A DNA stretch of 64,000 bases from Nitrospirota bacterium (GTDB taxonomy: Bacteria; Nitrospirota; UBA9217): positions 160,001 through 224,000 of the forward strand of contig CAVVUN010000008.1 in the NCBI GenBank assembly GCA_963751455.1. The letters are read 5' to 3'. Within the stretch, counting starts at the first letter, position 1; each line of letters opens with the position of its first letter. Below the pieces are notes generated by a model. The model was not told where the DNA came from, ran no database searches, and saw only the letters and a list, made by a program, of their open reading frames with translations. A program made the translations under genes and the position numbers. This document shows positions 51,191-60,676 of the stretch, piece by piece.

Positions 51191-51774
51191 CACCTCGAAT
51201 CAAGAATAACCTACTGAACTTCTGTCCTCTCGACATTTTTACAAATACAGAAATGCTCAGCCCGTTTTATCGCTTGTATTTGAAAAACAAGTTGTCAGGA
51301 TAGGGGGCCATCCATTTCGGCGGAAATCACGGTACCGGCATCGTCTACGGCTGACAAGTCGGGCGGCGTTTTTTTAACAGGTACGTTAACCATGAGTCCC
51401 AACACGTAGGACGAGTCCAGCAGGCTGGACTTCGCAGCTCATTCGCCGCTGTTCGACAGTTCGTCCGGCTTGAACGGGGTCGCTTTGCTTTCTTTTGTCC
51501 CGCAACCAGTGCTTCCGCACTTTTTTTTATTTTTGAGTTCCTCGAGAATGGCATCGGTAAAATTCTTAAGCATTATATATTGCACTCTCCTTTAATACTT
51601 ATTTCGTAATTCGTAGTATACCCCACATTTATCGGCAGATGTTTAAGTTTATTAATACATCTAACAAACATAATCTCTTTATTTCAGAAAAGCACTCTAA
51701 GGCGCATATAAAGAGCCTAAAAGAGAAGGGTTAGGATGCTTTTCGGCTTTTACTGGTCTTCTATAGGTGGAAAA

Positions 51775-52324
51775 AGTAGATACCCACGGGCTTACGCCCG
51801 TGGCACTTATTTTTAAAACCCAAACTTCAACTGCCCTTTATCAACCTTTTCTTGAAACTCCACGTACCTCTTGATTACCTCTTCGTTTATTCCTACCGTT
51901 GAAGAAAAGAACCCATGGGACCAAAACTCATTTCTCCAATATACTCTCTTGATCCAATCGAAATGTTTTCTTATTTCCCTACTCGTATTTGCCTTGATCT
52001 TTCCGACGATCGCCGACACTGCATATTTTGGCGGAATGATGATTATCAGATGTACATGATCCTCCTGAATGCTGTACCGCTCAATTTCTACTTCCGGATG
52101 ATACGTATCAATATCGTGCAATCGCTTCTCTACAAACTGCTTTAACTCCCCTTTTAAAATCCGTTTCCGATATTTGGGAATCCATACTATGTGATACTGG
52201 TGATGATAGGCACCATGAGCACTATGTCTAATTTCCATGCCGCCATTGTATCACATTAAAACATTACCAGCCTACGGCTGGTACGCTTTCATCCACGGGC
52301 TTACGCCCGTGGTCTTCAGCGCGT
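51775..52324 (-). mobile_element. IS200-group insertion sequence (tnpA only)
   Basis: Identical subterminal hairpins CCACGGGC-TTAC-GCCCGTGG at 51784-51803 and 52293-52312 flanking tnpA; ends approximate. Confidence 0.88.
51813..52238 (-). CDS. tnpA: IS200/IS605 Y1 HUH transposase
   Basis: YHIVWIPKYR, DHVH (HUH), FWS.GFF..TVG, YVEFQ catalytic Tyr. Confidence 0.96.
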   Translation of the reverse strand: MEIRHSAHGAYHHQYHIVWIPKYRKRILKGELKQFVEKRLHDIDTYHPEVEIERYSIQEDHVHLIIIIPPKYAVSAIVGKIKANTSREIRKHFDWIKRVYWRNEFWSHGFFSSTVGINEEVIKRYVEFQEKVDKGQLKFGF

Positions 52325-52440
52325 TTTTTGATAAATCGCGCTTAAAATAAAAAATTGCAGAAAAACTATCGCGGGAAGGTATTAAGACTAACGGCGGGGA
52401 CGCCCCCTGTGGAATGAAAAAATTGAGCAGCGGTCCGGCA

Positions 52441-52482
52441 AAAATAAAAGAGGCACGGGATCCGATGCCCGATGCCTCATTT
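52441..52482 (-). terminator. Terminator after ytxH-like gene
   Basis: GAGGCA..CGGG/CCCG..TGCCTC stem followed by a T-run on the minus strand. Confidence 0.55.
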
Positions 52483-52523
52483 CCGGTATTTCCCGAATGT
52501 GTATTCAAAAACGCATAAAAAAG

Positions 52524-53069
52524 TCAGGCTGCTTGCTTCAGTCTTTCTTTTCCTTCCGCATATGCTTTCTCGGCAGCTTGTTTCGCACTCGCGGCGGCTT
52601 CCTGGTAGACGCCCTTGCCCTTCTCGATGGCTGACCCGATGCTGTCCGCAGCGCTCCCGGCCATACGCTTCATGTCCCCCCATAGCTCGCTCCCCGCCTT
52701 GGGTGCGAACAACAGTGCAATGCCCGCGCCGATGATGCCGCTCACGAGAAGCGGAACCACAAACGAAGCCTTTGTCGTCCCTTCTGCGCCTGCAAGCTCT
52801 TCAAGGCTTTCCGTTCCTTCAACATACGATTGTTTTGCCGCTTCGGATGCGGAGGCTGCGACAGCTGCGCCTTCTTCATAGAGTTCTTTGCCTGTATCCG
52901 CCGGCTCGTACAGTTTATCCCGGGTACGCGTTGCGAAACTCTTTAAATCGCTCCGCATCTCACTTCCCGATTTGGGCGTAAGCATGAGCGCAATACCCGC
53001 TCCGACTATGCTGCCCAGCAGAACCGGCACTACAATTGAACTTCTCTCGTTGATACCTTCCTCTTTCAT
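52524..53069 (-). CDS. YtxH-domain protein (two YtxH units)
   Basis: GAGIALMLTPKSGSEMR and GAGIALLFAPKAGSELW. Confidence 0.85.
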   Translation of the reverse strand: MKEEGINERSSIVVPVLLGSIVGAGIALMLTPKSGSEMRSDLKSFATRTRDKLYEPADTGKELYEEGAAVAASASEAAKQSYVEGTESLEELAGAEGTTKASFVVPLLVSGIIGAGIALLFAPKAGSELWGDMKRMAGSAADSIGSAIEKGKGVYQEAAASAKQAAEKAYAEGKERLKQAA

Positions 53070-53192
53070 ACGTTGCTCCTTTCTTGATGTTGAATTCTAG
53101 CAGGTTTGCCTTCTTGTCGGTCTTGTGGTTACAGATTATTTTGTCGGCACAGGCCGAGATTGATAAGTGAATTGATTCAGACCTGGGGAGTC

Positions 53193-53299
53193 AGTGGAAC
53201 CCCCTCCGGCAGGAGCCGGAGGCTCCCGTTAATAACGCGACCTCCCGCGGACTACGGCGCATTACCCCCGGCAGGAGCCGGGGGATTGCAAGTCGCGGG
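53193..53299 (-). mobile_element. Twin-hairpin non-autonomous element, copy 3 (intergenic)
   Basis: Near-identical to copies 1 and 2; again abuts ATTCA (TGAAT on the minus strand). Confidence 0.85.
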
Positions 53300-53581
53300 A
53301 TTCATAATTTGATTATAACACCGCTTGTCCAGATGTCTTTTACGGAATAGGCCTCGAACAACTCACAATAAGTGATCTGAAACAGGTTCCCCGTCAGATG
53401 CCGGCGCTGCATAATCCGTCGACAAATGCACAATTCGTTTCTTTTTGCGCACATATTATTTCCTGTCGTGCATCAAAGTCGGATGGCTTTCGTTGTTTTT
53501 CTGTCCTAAAACCATTTTTTATGATATCGTTAATTCATAGTCCTTTTTTACTAACTACGCCGCATTGCAGGAGGATGAACG

Positions 53582-53899
53582 ATGTTGAGAAAAACAGCTG
53601 CAGTCACGATAGCGGTTCTGGTATTCTGTGGTCTTGCGGGTGCTGCCGTACCGGGCGGCGGGGATATGACCTTCAAGTCCCTGAACGCAAAAACAGTTGT
53701 CTTCAGTCATGAACAGCATGTTAACGTTAAAGAATTGAAATGCAGCGCCTGTCACAATCATTTATTTCATATGGCAAAAAACGAGGACAAGGTAGACATG
53801 AGCAAGATCACCAAGGGGCAGTTCTGCGGGTATTGTCATAACGGAGCGCGGGCCTTCGACGTAAAGGACAAGGCGAACTGCGAACGGTGTCATAAGTAG
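53582..53899 (+). CDS. Periplasmic trihaem c7-type cytochrome
   Basis: Signal peptide; V.FSH..H, CSACH, CGYCH, CERCH. Confidence 0.9.
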   Translation: MLRKTAAVTIAVLVFCGLAGAAVPGGGDMTFKSLNAKTVVFSHEQHVNVKELKCSACHNHLFHMAKNEDKVDMSKITKGQFCGYCHNGARAFDVKDKANCERCHK

Positions 53900-53930
53900 C
53901 GCGTGCCAGGGCCGGCTTTCGGCTCACAAT

Positions 53931-54236
53931 CTATTTTACCTTCTCAATTTGCTTTTTCTGGCCTTTCTCGCGCTCGTCCTGCACACTGCATCCGCACGCG
54001 GAGAAGATCAGGGTATTTAAATCGGAGCCCGAATAGCTTCCGGCCGGCCCGTCGCAGGCAAACCCGGTGCCTTCTTTGAATTGACATGTTATAGGCAGGC
54101 CGTTATTCGAGCACGCGCCGGTCACGGCATTGTTATTCCCGACTAGTGTCTCACGGGCGTTTTGAATGGTACACGCAAGCGCAGTACCTTCAAGCGCCGC
54201 TATCGCTATGCAGAGTCCGAGCACCGCGATTTTCAT
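53931..54236 (-). CDS. Secreted Cys-rich hypothetical protein
   Basis: Signal peptide ending ALA; six Cys in the mature part. Confidence 0.65.
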   Translation of the reverse strand: MKIAVLGLCIAIAALEGTALACTIQNARETLVGNNNAVTGACSNNGLPITCQFKEGTGFACDGPAGSYSGSDLNTLIFSACGCSVQDEREKGQKKQIEKVK

Positions 54237-54465
54237 TTCTTCCTTCTTGGGGCGTTACCGGCACAAAGGTTCTGACTCAAGTCTATCACGAAAAAGGTAT
54301 CGGGTGTATTCGAGGGCAGGAATTGCCATGGCGCTCTCAAATGGCTCACCTATGCCGGCGTAAACTGAAACCAGCTTTGCGGAAAAAAGATTGCCGATTA
54401 TAAATGAATTAATTATACTGGCTGAGAGAGTAAGGAAATAACGCTCCGACGGAAAGAGGTCATGC

Positions 54466-55230
54466 GTGACCGAAAACAAAAACAGGGAGCCGGCCGACAG
54501 GAGTCCGGACCGAAGTAAAAATCGTGCCCTCCTGGTTGACGGGTATGTACGGGACCTCTTCACCACCGGGATGATTCTGCAGCGTCTCGATTATGATGTA
54601 TATATCGTCAATACGGGCGAGGACGCAGTGAAAATCATGGAGGCCGCTCTTCCGGTCCTAATCATAACGGAGCTTACGCTTCCGAAGATGTCGGGTCTGG
54701 AACTGCTCATTCGCGTCAAACACGATCCACTGACCAAGGCGCTCCCGGTAATCATTCATACTGCGGAGGATGATGTGCAGCGTAAGGAACTGTGCCGGGC
54801 ATCGGGGTGCGCAGCTTTTCTGAAAAAACCGGTTGAACCCGACGCACTGTACAGCACGATCCAGCAGGCAACCAATGCAACGCCGCGGCAGTTCATTCGG
54901 CTGCGGACGCTGCTACCCGTGATGGTCGCCGGCAATCCCGTATCGGGAAACGTTTTCAGCACAGAGTATGTATCGGAGCTGTCCGAAAACGGCATCTTCG
55001 TTCGCACACTTAATCCCCGGCCGGTCAACGCAGTCGTTTCCGTCACGATTATGGTCCGTTCCATTCCCGTTAAATTGAAAGCGGTTGTCATGCACAGCGT
55101 CGCCTTAAAGCCGGGCCTGTTCAGGGAGCCCGGCATGGGTATGAAGTTCGTCGAAATATCGCCGACAGACCGTGAGCTGCTTAAAAATATAATTAAAGGG
55201 CAGATCCTCAAAGATATTCCGGCACAATAG
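54466..55230 (+). CDS. Atypical receiver plus PilZ domain protein
   Basis: REC with E at the phospho site (ITELTLP); RQFIR, ELSENG.F, PGMGMKF. Confidence 0.85.
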   Translation: MTENKNREPADRSPDRSKNRALLVDGYVRDLFTTGMILQRLDYDVYIVNTGEDAVKIMEAALPVLIITELTLPKMSGLELLIRVKHDPLTKALPVIIHTAEDDVQRKELCRASGCAAFLKKPVEPDALYSTIQQATNATPRQFIRLRTLLPVMVAGNPVSGNVFSTEYVSELSENGIFVRTLNPRPVNAVVSVTIMVRSIPVKLKAVVMHSVALKPGLFREPGMGMKFVEISPTDRELLKNIIKGQILKDIPAQ

Positions 55231-55429
55231 GGCTGGTCGTCGCTTTATAAAGTTTTTATTCTGATATGCTGTTGATGCATCTCATAGCCCCCATCCGAAA
55301 TGAAAACTGTTCTTGTTTTTTACGAATAATTCCATTTAAATATACTTTTTTAATACTTATCTCCAACTCTACCTGGCCTTCGTATTATATAATTGAATCT
55401 AGAAAGTTGTTCTCGTAAAAGGAGATTTC

Positions 55430-56932
55430 ATGAGAGTACTTCTGGTTTATCCCAAATACCCCACTACGTTCTGGGGCTTCAGTTATGCGGTCAAGTTCAT
55501 TTCAAAAAAGGCGAGCCTGCCGCCTCTCGGTCTCGTCACTGTTTCTTCGCTGCTTCCCCCGGAATGGCAACAGCGACTGGTTGATATGAACATTCAGACG
55601 CTTGAGGATGAAGACCTGAAATGGGCCGATTATGTTCTGGTCAGCGCCATGACGATCCAGAAACATTCGGTTATGGAGGTAATCGAGCGATGCAGGTCGC
55701 TCGGGGTTAAAATAATAGCGGGTGGTCCGCTGTTTACAGCGGCCCCCCATGAATTCGAGCTGGTGGACCACCTCGTCCTGAATGAGGCTGAAGTAACGAT
55801 GCCTCTGTTCCTGAAGGACCTCGCAAAAGGAACTGCAGTTCATATGTATTCTTCGCCGCAATGGGCCGATCTCACCACTACTCCGACCCCGAACTTCGAT
55901 CTATTGGATCTGAAGGCGTATGCTTCCATGAACATCCAGTATTCGCGCGGGTGTCCCTTTGACTGCGACTTCTGCAACATAACGGTTCTGTACGGACGCA
56001 TGCCCCGCACGAAGACCGCAGAGCAGATACTTTCTGAGCTCAACGCACTGTATTTACGAGGGTGGAGAAACGGCGTTTTCATTGTAGATGATAATTTTAT
56101 CGGGAACAAGGGGAAGCTCAAGAAAGAGATTTTGCCTGCTTTGATCCAGTGGATGGAGAAACGAAATTACCCGTTCACGCTGTATACTGAGGTGAGCATT
56201 AATCTGTCTGACGATGAGGAACTGATGCGGCAAATGTCACAAGCGGGTTTTGATCAGGTTTTTGTGGGAATCGAATCACCAAACGACGAAAGCCTTGCGG
56301 AATGCAGCAAAGTTCAGAACCGGAACCGCGACCTCATCGCGAGCGTCAGAAAAATCCAGAAGGCCGGCCTGGAGGTTCAGGCGGGATTCATCGTAGGATT
56401 TGACAAGGACCCTTCCACCATATTCGAGCGTTTAACCGCCTTTATCCAGGAAAGCGGAATCGCGACTGCAATGGTGGGGCTTTTGAATGCCCCGCACGGC
56501 ACAAAACTCTATCGCAGGCTCAAGGAGGAAGGACGGCTGCTCAAATCACCGACCGGTGATAATACGGATTTCTCGATCAATTTTATTCCAAAAATGAGTA
56601 TGCAGCACCTGATGGACGGATACCGCAAGATTCTGAAGACAATTTACTCGCCCAAGAACTATTATGCCCGGGTAAAGACTTTCTTGAAAGAATATAAACC
56701 GCCGAAAGTCCGCCGGACGCGCCTGCGCTTCATGTATGTTAAAGCGCTCATCAAGTCATCAGTGCGGCTCGGCATCATCGGGCGCGAACGATATCAATAC
56801 TGGAAGTTGCTTTTCTGGTCTTTATTACGCCGGCCCCGGCTTCTTTCTGTCGCGATTACCCTCTCAATTTATGGCTTTCATTTCCGCAAGATCTTTGCGC
56901 ATCATGAAAAGGAATATCAGGCAAAACTCTGA
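55430..56932 (+). CDS. B12-binding radical SAM protein (DUF4070-type)
   Basis: PPLGL, GGP, SRGCPFDCDFC, DDNFIGN, GFIVGFD. Confidence 0.92.
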   Translation: MRVLLVYPKYPTTFWGFSYAVKFISKKASLPPLGLVTVSSLLPPEWQQRLVDMNIQTLEDEDLKWADYVLVSAMTIQKHSVMEVIERCRSLGVKIIAGGPLFTAAPHEFELVDHLVLNEAEVTMPLFLKDLAKGTAVHMYSSPQWADLTTTPTPNFDLLDLKAYASMNIQYSRGCPFDCDFCNITVLYGRMPRTKTAEQILSELNALYLRGWRNGVFIVDDNFIGNKGKLKKEILPALIQWMEKRNYPFTLYTEVSINLSDDEELMRQMSQAGFDQVFVGIESPNDESLAECSKVQNRNRDLIASVRKIQKAGLEVQAGFIVGFDKDPSTIFERLTAFIQESGIATAMVGLLNAPHGTKLYRRLKEEGRLLKSPTGDNTDFSINFIPKMSMQHLMDGYRKILKTIYSPKNYYARVKTFLKEYKPPKVRRTRLRFMYVKALIKSSVRLGIIGRERYQYWKLLFWSLLRRPRLLSVAITLSIYGFHFRKIFAHHEKEYQAKL

Positions 56933-56951
56933 CGGGAGGCGTGGACTGATG

Positions 56952-56982
56952 CGGAAGCCCGGAACATTTCCGGGCTTCGCGC
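56952..56982. terminator. Hairpin between convergent genes
   Basis: gaagcccggaa-cat-ttccgggcttc. Confidence 0.6.
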
Positions 56983-56987
56983 ATGCT

Positions 56988-57257
56988 TCATGCAGCCCTG
57001 CTGTGGAATGACGCGATTTCGTCAGCAGTGAACTTGTCCACCTTGGTGATACAGGCGGAATCGAGCAACGAATCGGGTACCAGCGAAAGGGCTTCCTTTT
57101 CATTATTTGCGTCGACAATCGCGTATGCAGTATGATCTCCGTCCCTGCAGCCGTATACGAATTTATCGAGTGTTTCGGACCCTTTCGCCGCAATCTCGTC
57201 CAGCGCCTGCAGGCACTGTACAGGATCGTGTTTTGATGTAATTACAAAAAGCGCCAT
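56988..57257 (-). CDS. Small hypothetical protein
   Basis: H.P..C..ALD, F.YGC..GDH; GAGG RBS. Confidence 0.7.
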   Translation of the reverse strand: MALFVITSKHDPVQCLQALDEIAAKGSETLDKFVYGCRDGDHTAYAIVDANNEKEALSLVPDSLLDSACITKVDKFTADEIASFHSRAA

Positions 57258-57287
57258 CTTCCATTTCCTCCTCTTGCCTTTGCCCGG

Positions 57288-58190
57288 TCACGCAGCTCTC
57301 GGCAGCGCCTCCCGGTATACAGGCACGATTACTTCATCACAGAATTCTACGAACGAAGTGGCAGTCGTGTTTTCCGAAGACCTTTTTTCATGCTGAATGA
57401 TGCCTTCATTGAAGGCCCTGCTCATTTCAATGTATAGCCTGCTTACATTCGGGGAAATCCCCATTTGAACCAGCTGTTTTTCGGCATCCAGGTAGGACGC
57501 CATCCGATACTGAAGCTCGGGTTTATTGATCTTGGTTCCAATTATTCTGGTCGCATCGTTCATGCTGAGCTCCTCTTTGCCGAGCAGATACCTGACCGAT
57601 GAGCCGGAGAAGTCCTTTTTTATAAGCCGTTCAGCGGCAAAAACCGCAACGTCTTTCGTTGAGATCATGGGAAAGCTCATCTCGCCCCGGTATGGGCCGC
57701 TGTTCAGCCCTTTTGCCTTGATCGAACTCATGTTCATAAGCAGGTTTTCCATGAAAAAAGCAGACCTGATATGAAGAACATTCAGCCCTTTAATCCTGTT
57801 GAGGCGTTCTTCCATGGAGTGCAAACCGACAATGGGACCTGTTCCCCGCGCTAAATCAGCTCCTACGCTCGACATATTAACCACATGAGATACACCGGCA
57901 ATCTCGAGAGCGCGCGCTGTGCTCTCGCAAATTTTGTCGGCATATGACACGTAATTATCGACCTTAAAAGCGGGCGGAATAAGGGTAAATACCGCATTCG
58001 ATCCCTTGAACGCCTGCACCAGAAACTCTGTATCGAGGATGTCTCCCGCCATGGCATCTGCGTTTTTCCCCACGAAAGGCCGAAGCTTTTCAGCAGAGCG
58101 GGCCACAAGACGGACTTTTTTCCCCTGTTTGACCAGGTTGTCGACGATCTTGCTTCCTACTTTGCCCGTTCCTCCTAAAACAGTAATCAT
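57288..58190 (-). CDS. NmrA-family NAD(P)-binding protein
   Basis: ITVLGGTGKVG, SSVGA, FFMEN. Confidence 0.9.
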   Translation of the reverse strand: MITVLGGTGKVGSKIVDNLVKQGKKVRLVARSAEKLRPFVGKNADAMAGDILDTEFLVQAFKGSNAVFTLIPPAFKVDNYVSYADKICESTARALEIAGVSHVVNMSSVGADLARGTGPIVGLHSMEERLNRIKGLNVLHIRSAFFMENLLMNMSSIKAKGLNSGPYRGEMSFPMISTKDVAVFAAERLIKKDFSGSSVRYLLGKEELSMNDATRIIGTKINKPELQYRMASYLDAEKQLVQMGISPNVSRLYIEMSRAFNEGIIQHEKRSSENTTATSFVEFCDEVIVPVYREALPRAA

Positions 58191-58381
58191 ACGGATCCTC
58201 CCTTCAAATACAGGACAAACATGGTCCTTGATACCTTAAAAGGTAGCACCCTCATACCGTGATGTCAACCTGGCTCCTTCTCCGCAGTATATAAAACCTG
58301 CGCGAAGCTTCATTGCGGATGTTGGTCTTGACAAAGAATGAGGTTATGCTATATGATTTTTCAGTAGCCAGGAGATTGTAA

Positions 58382-58669
58382 GTGGCCGGGATTCCTTCAC
58401 CCAATACCAGTATTGTCATCGAGCAGCGTGCCAGCCTGATTCCGAGGTTTAAAGTCCTCCTTCACAATGACGATGTCAACTCGATGGACCATGTTACGGA
58501 AGCGCTCATGCGTGTGTTCAGTCTTGCGCGATCCCGGGCCAAAAGTATCATGCTCGAGGCCCATCGAAACGGTGCGGCCGTGTGTGTCGTTGAGCCGCTG
58601 GAGCAGGCCGAACTGCACCGCGACAGGCTGATCTCGTATTCACTCATCGCAACGATTGAACAGGACTGA
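58382..58669 (+). CDS. clpS: ClpAP adaptor ClpS
   Basis: FKVLLHNDD.N.M..V, MLEAH..G.A; TTGACA promoter at 58328. Confidence 0.9.
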   Translation: MAGIPSPNTSIVIEQRASLIPRFKVLLHNDDVNSMDHVTEALMRVFSLARSRAKSIMLEAHRNGAAVCVVEPLEQAELHRDRLISYSLIATIEQD

Positions 58670-58749
58670 TCGTACAGGTAATGATTCGAGCTGTATTCCG
58701 GCGTTGCCGGTATAGAACGTGGGATTTTGTGTTTTGGAGGTTGTTACCG

Positions 58750-59193
58750 ATGTCAAACAAAAGAATCACCGGTGCCCGGTTTTACAGGGACGGACTATTC
58801 TTTGAGTGCCAGGGTGACGGCAAATGCTGTATATCTCGCGGCCGGTACGGCTATGTTTATCTTTCCTTCGGAGACCGGCGAAGACTTGCCGCCCATTTTG
58901 CGATTTCAACGGCCGAATTCACTGCGCGATATACCGAGAAAGAAGACAGTAACTATCAGTTGAAATACACCGGAAAAGACTGTCCCTTCTTCAGCCAAAA
59001 CCGCTGCTCCGTGTACGACGCCCGGCCATGGCAGTGCCGTACATGGCCTTTCTGGCCCGAGAACATGAATGAGACGGTGTGGCTGCGCGAAGTTGCCGCG
59101 TACTGTCCGGGAGTGGGAAAGGGCAGGCTTTATACGGCAGAAGAGATCAAAGAGATCATTGCGAAGAAGAAAGAGGTATCAAGCTGCCCCTGA
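58750..59193 (+). CDS. YkgJ-family cysteine cluster protein
   Basis: FEC...GKCC, CPF, CSVY.ARP.QCRTWPFW, CPG. Confidence 0.88.
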   Translation: MSNKRITGARFYRDGLFFECQGDGKCCISRGRYGYVYLSFGDRRRLAAHFAISTAEFTARYTEKEDSNYQLKYTGKDCPFFSQNRCSVYDARPWQCRTWPFWPENMNETVWLREVAAYCPGVGKGRLYTAEEIKEIIAKKKEVSSCP

Positions 59194-59506
59194 AGCGCTC
59201 CCCTGATGTTTTCTTCGGGCTCTGCTTTGATTGATACAATAAGGCATTTCGCAAGAAGCAATTGTTGAATAATTGATAGTTGTAATTAGACTTTGACAAA
59301 GGGCCTGCGTGAGCTATAAAATCTTCATAGGCGCAGTTCAATCGCCGCGCGATTTTTCCGGGCTTTTTACGAGTATCGATTCCTGACACCGCGGTTTCTG
59401 ATTCATGGAAAACATAGTCATGACAGTTTGAATCCGGTGCAGGACACAAGGCCTGGACGCCCACAAAAATGGTTGTCCGGCTTTTTTTATTTGAAGGAGG
59501 CACACA

Positions 59507-59950
59507 ATGAATACACCGATCACAGTAAGCCAGGTATTACGGTCAAAGGGACATGAATACTGGTATATAGCACCGTCGGCGACCGCATATGAAGCTCTCG
59601 ATGTAATGGCCGCAAAAAATGTCGGCGCGCTGCTTGTAATGGAAAAAGGGAAACTCGTAGGCATTTTCTCCGAGCGTGATTATGCCCGAAAGGTCATCTT
59701 GAAGGGAAGATCGTCCAAGGTTACAACGGTAGAAGAACTCATGACGAGCCCTCCGATCTGCATCGATGCCGGCAAGTCCCTCCGTGAATGCATGGTGCTC
59801 ATGACCCAGAACCATATTCGCCATGTGCCGGTCATGGACAACGGCATGCTGAGCGGGGTCGTCAGCATCGGCGATATAGTGAACACAATAATCAGCGAGC
59901 AGGAAAGCACTATCCAGGATCTCAGCAGCTATATTTCCGTAGGGTACTAA
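59507..59950 (+). CDS. CBS-domain protein
   Basis: VGAL.V, GIFSERDYARK, IRH.PV, SIGD.V. Confidence 0.92.
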   Translation: MNTPITVSQVLRSKGHEYWYIAPSATAYEALDVMAAKNVGALLVMEKGKLVGIFSERDYARKVILKGRSSKVTTVEELMTSPPICIDAGKSLRECMVLMTQNHIRHVPVMDNGMLSGVVSIGDIVNTIISEQESTIQDLSSYISVGY

Positions 59951-59965
59951 GGCGGCGCCGGCCTT

Positions 59966-60463
59966 GTGGTCTTCTCTTACTACAATCGATTATCTGCCTC
60001 GCAAAAGAGAATTTACCGGAAGAGCGATGAAATACACTCGGTTGCCTTGCCGAACGCGGCTGAGCTTCATCCTCTTATAAGCCGTCTTTCTTCGGCGCTT
60101 ATAAGCGAAGACCGGGCCGAAATTGAAGAGCTGTGCTCCAGACTTGCCTCCGGCATTGCATCCGGACTGGGCACGCCGCCCATCCGTGTGCGCGTCCTTG
60201 CCGTACGGCCCAGCGCATCCTGGGGAGAACTTCACGGTCTCTATGCTCCGGCAGAGGGCGCTGTTTCCGCTGTGATTACGCTCTGGATGCGCACAGCGGT
60301 GCAGCGGCGGGTTGTGGCTTTCCGGTCCTTCCTCCGAACGCTCCTGCACGAGATCTGCCATCATCTTGATTATGAACTTTTCATGCTGCCTGATTCCTAT
60401 CACACCCAAGGGTTCTACAAGCGCGAATCAAGCCTGTTTCATCAATTAGTGCCTGCTGAATGA
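59966..60463 (+). CDS. Hypothetical HExxH metallopeptidase-like protein
   Basis: ELHGLY, TLLHEICHHLD, H..GF. Confidence 0.75.
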   Translation: MVFSYYNRLSASQKRIYRKSDEIHSVALPNAAELHPLISRLSSALISEDRAEIEELCSRLASGIASGLGTPPIRVRVLAVRPSASWGELHGLYAPAEGAVSAVITLWMRTAVQRRVVAFRSFLRTLLHEICHHLDYELFMLPDSYHTQGFYKRESSLFHQLVPAE

Positions 60464-60479
60464 AACCTTTACGGATGAA

Positions 60480-60654
60480 CCTAAAAAAAGCATTTGGGAC
60501 GCAGAAAAATCGGATAAACGCAGATAAGGTCGGATAAAAAAACGTTCTTGTATCGTAAAAGCAGTCACCCTGCGGGTGAATTTTTTTCTCTAAAAATTCT
60601 TTTGTTTGATCTGCGGTTATCTGCGTTCATCTGCGTCCAACTGCCGTTTTCAGG
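60480..60654. mobile_element. MITE family C copy 2
   Basis: CCTAAAAAAAGCATTT / AACTGCCGTTTTCAGG ends; perfect 5-bp TSD ATGAA; CGCAGAT core. Confidence 0.82.
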
Positions 60655-60676
60655 ATGAAAGATGACCATGGCTGCA

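Noticed and set aside
51345-51775. tnpB/iscB next to IS200 tnpA
   Set aside because: The right-end hairpin follows the tnpA stop directly; the 69-aa ORF has no RuvC motifs and is unsupported.
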